Source: Isurus oxyrinchus
Taxonomy: Eukaryota
Assembly: GCA_026770705.1 (NCBI GenBank)
Contig: JANJGN010000038.1
Span: 13,268,001-13,332,000 of the forward strand
Direction: 5' to 3'
Length of the DNA stretch: 64,000 nt
In this document: in pieces, positions 62,620 through 64,000 of the stretch
Layout of the letters: the number at the start of each line of letters is the position of its first letter
Position numbering within the stretch: position 1 is the stretch's first letter
Made by a program: the position numbers and the translations under genes
The notes under the pieces: model-generated
What the model was told of the DNA's origin: nothing
The model's database searches: none
What the model saw: the letters and a program-made list of their open reading frames with translations, nothing else

Positions 62620-64000
62620 ACTGTTTAATTGAGCATTGTATAATAAATGATTCCCCTATCGTCATTACGCCGAATTTCTCGCAAATTTCTGTGATGATCC
62701 TGTAATTTTGCGCTCCTCCATTTTCTTCCCACTATTTGGTGCTCTGTAGTTTACACCTAGATCCTAATAGTTTTTCTGCTATTTATCAGTTCTACTGAAA
62801 CAAATTCCATTTTTGAACTCTCAAGGACACCAACATTTTCTCATGTTTACACATCATATTTGATCAAAGCGCCACCCTCCCTCCATTTTTTCTTTCTTTA
62901 TCTTTCCTCACTACATTGTCGACATGATCACAAAGTGGCCACGTCGTTCTTCATTTCATCTAGGTCTCTGTTATTGCCATTACAGCATAATGCTATGTGG
63001 CCTCTAGAGCCTGCAGTGCAATGATGTTAATTAACATTTACTGGGAATTAATATGCATAGACATAATGTGATCTTGGATTGTTTTGCAATTCTCCCTGCA
63101 TTAACCCTTCTAACTCGGAGCTGTTCTTCAATCAAATCTAATTTGTTTCTTTAAGCTCTCTCTGCATCTTTTCTCCGTCCTCTAGTTCCTCATAGGCTGT
63201 CTGGGGGTGCGCCCGCCTTCACTGCCATACTCATTTAAAGTCTCCACCACCACATGGTTAACATTCCTGCGACGGCATTGATTCCAGTCCTCTTTGTGTG
63301 CAAGGCGTCCACCTTGTACAGGTCCCAGCAACTCCTTAACTGGCCCCACTGGCCCCGTAATTTGAAGCATCTTCTGAACAGTTTCACCACACGCTCATTA
63401 GCCTGGTTTATGTTGCTGCTCTTGCACTAACTGTTCTGTAACACTGGGAATAATCGAGAGATTATTAACATGAAGGTCAGCTCTAGGTACCAAAACTAAT
63501 TCGGTACCACCTAAATCCTTTCCCTACCTATACCATTGGCTGAAAAATGGGCTGTGACGTTTGGTCGTTCCCCTTCCCTTCTCAAAATCCTCTCCATCCA
63601 ATCAGTGATGTTACTGACTTTGACACTATTGAGGTAAAGTGAAACTCATGTTGCTGGTAGCAGAAGCACCGGCCAATTCCCTAGACTAAGGAAATGCAAT
63701 CCTCCACTTTGTGATTCACCGAAGTGTTTCAATCTGACCCATAGTGCCGTGGATGATTACCAGACAGCTCTATTCAAAGCCCTGAAAACCGATTTGAATA
63801 TGTAACAATCCTGGAGCATTCCTGCACTGTGAGCATTTCCATAACCTATCTGATGGCCAACCATTTGCTAACCTCCTGAACACTGGATCGGCAGGATGAC
63901 AAACTCCTGGGATTAGTGCACTTCAGGAGATTCTCAGACCTGCAGTAGATCCAGCTGCTCCTGAATTAACATATACGTGTTGTTTGAGTTCCATTCGACC

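Larger units (their letters stand above)
58359..64000 (+). repeat. Segmental duplication, copy 2 (runs off the window)
   Basis: Direct-orientation copy of 40007-45080; offset grows from 18352 to 18920, mainly because of a 602-bp insertion. Confidence 0.92.

Noticed and set aside
1-64000. CRISPR arrays, operons, rRNA/tRNA genes, a second V or C set, germline-joined VDJ, or species assignment
   Set aside because: None seen; the DNA is vertebrate and the V, D and J segments are separate. The VNAR resembles several shark lineages, so species cannot be assigned without a search.

Overview
Repeat-rich cartilaginous-fish (shark) genomic DNA containing one complete germline (unrearranged) IgNAR heavy-chain-only antibody cluster on the + strand. 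Order: octamer/TATA promoter (~9.67-9.71 kb), leader exon, type II-like VNAR (extra CDR1 Cys), three D segments and one J with compatible RSSs (22 | 12-D1-23 | 12-D2-22 | 12-D3-12 | 23), five constant exons C1-C5, secretory poly(A) site, TM1 and a probable TM2 exon. All exons are open and splice-phase compatible. Main surprises: (1) the secretory tailpiece is cut short (GKPSLVN*) by an apparent ~17-nt frameshifting deletion, and its lost Cys-containing end (TDSLKSCT*) is still readable out of frame; (2) a >5 kb duplication at 58.36-64 kb carries an orphan second TM1 exon with intact splice sites but an in-frame stop; (3) the 111-nt C2-C3 intron is in frame and stop-free. The rest is decayed transposons: many CR1/L2 LINE fragments, a near full-length Penelope-like element nested in a solo LTR nested in a CR1, MITEs and degenerate minimal hammerhead ribozyme motifs. 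Exon and RSS coordinates were read base by base; transposon boundaries are approximate and no database search was possible.
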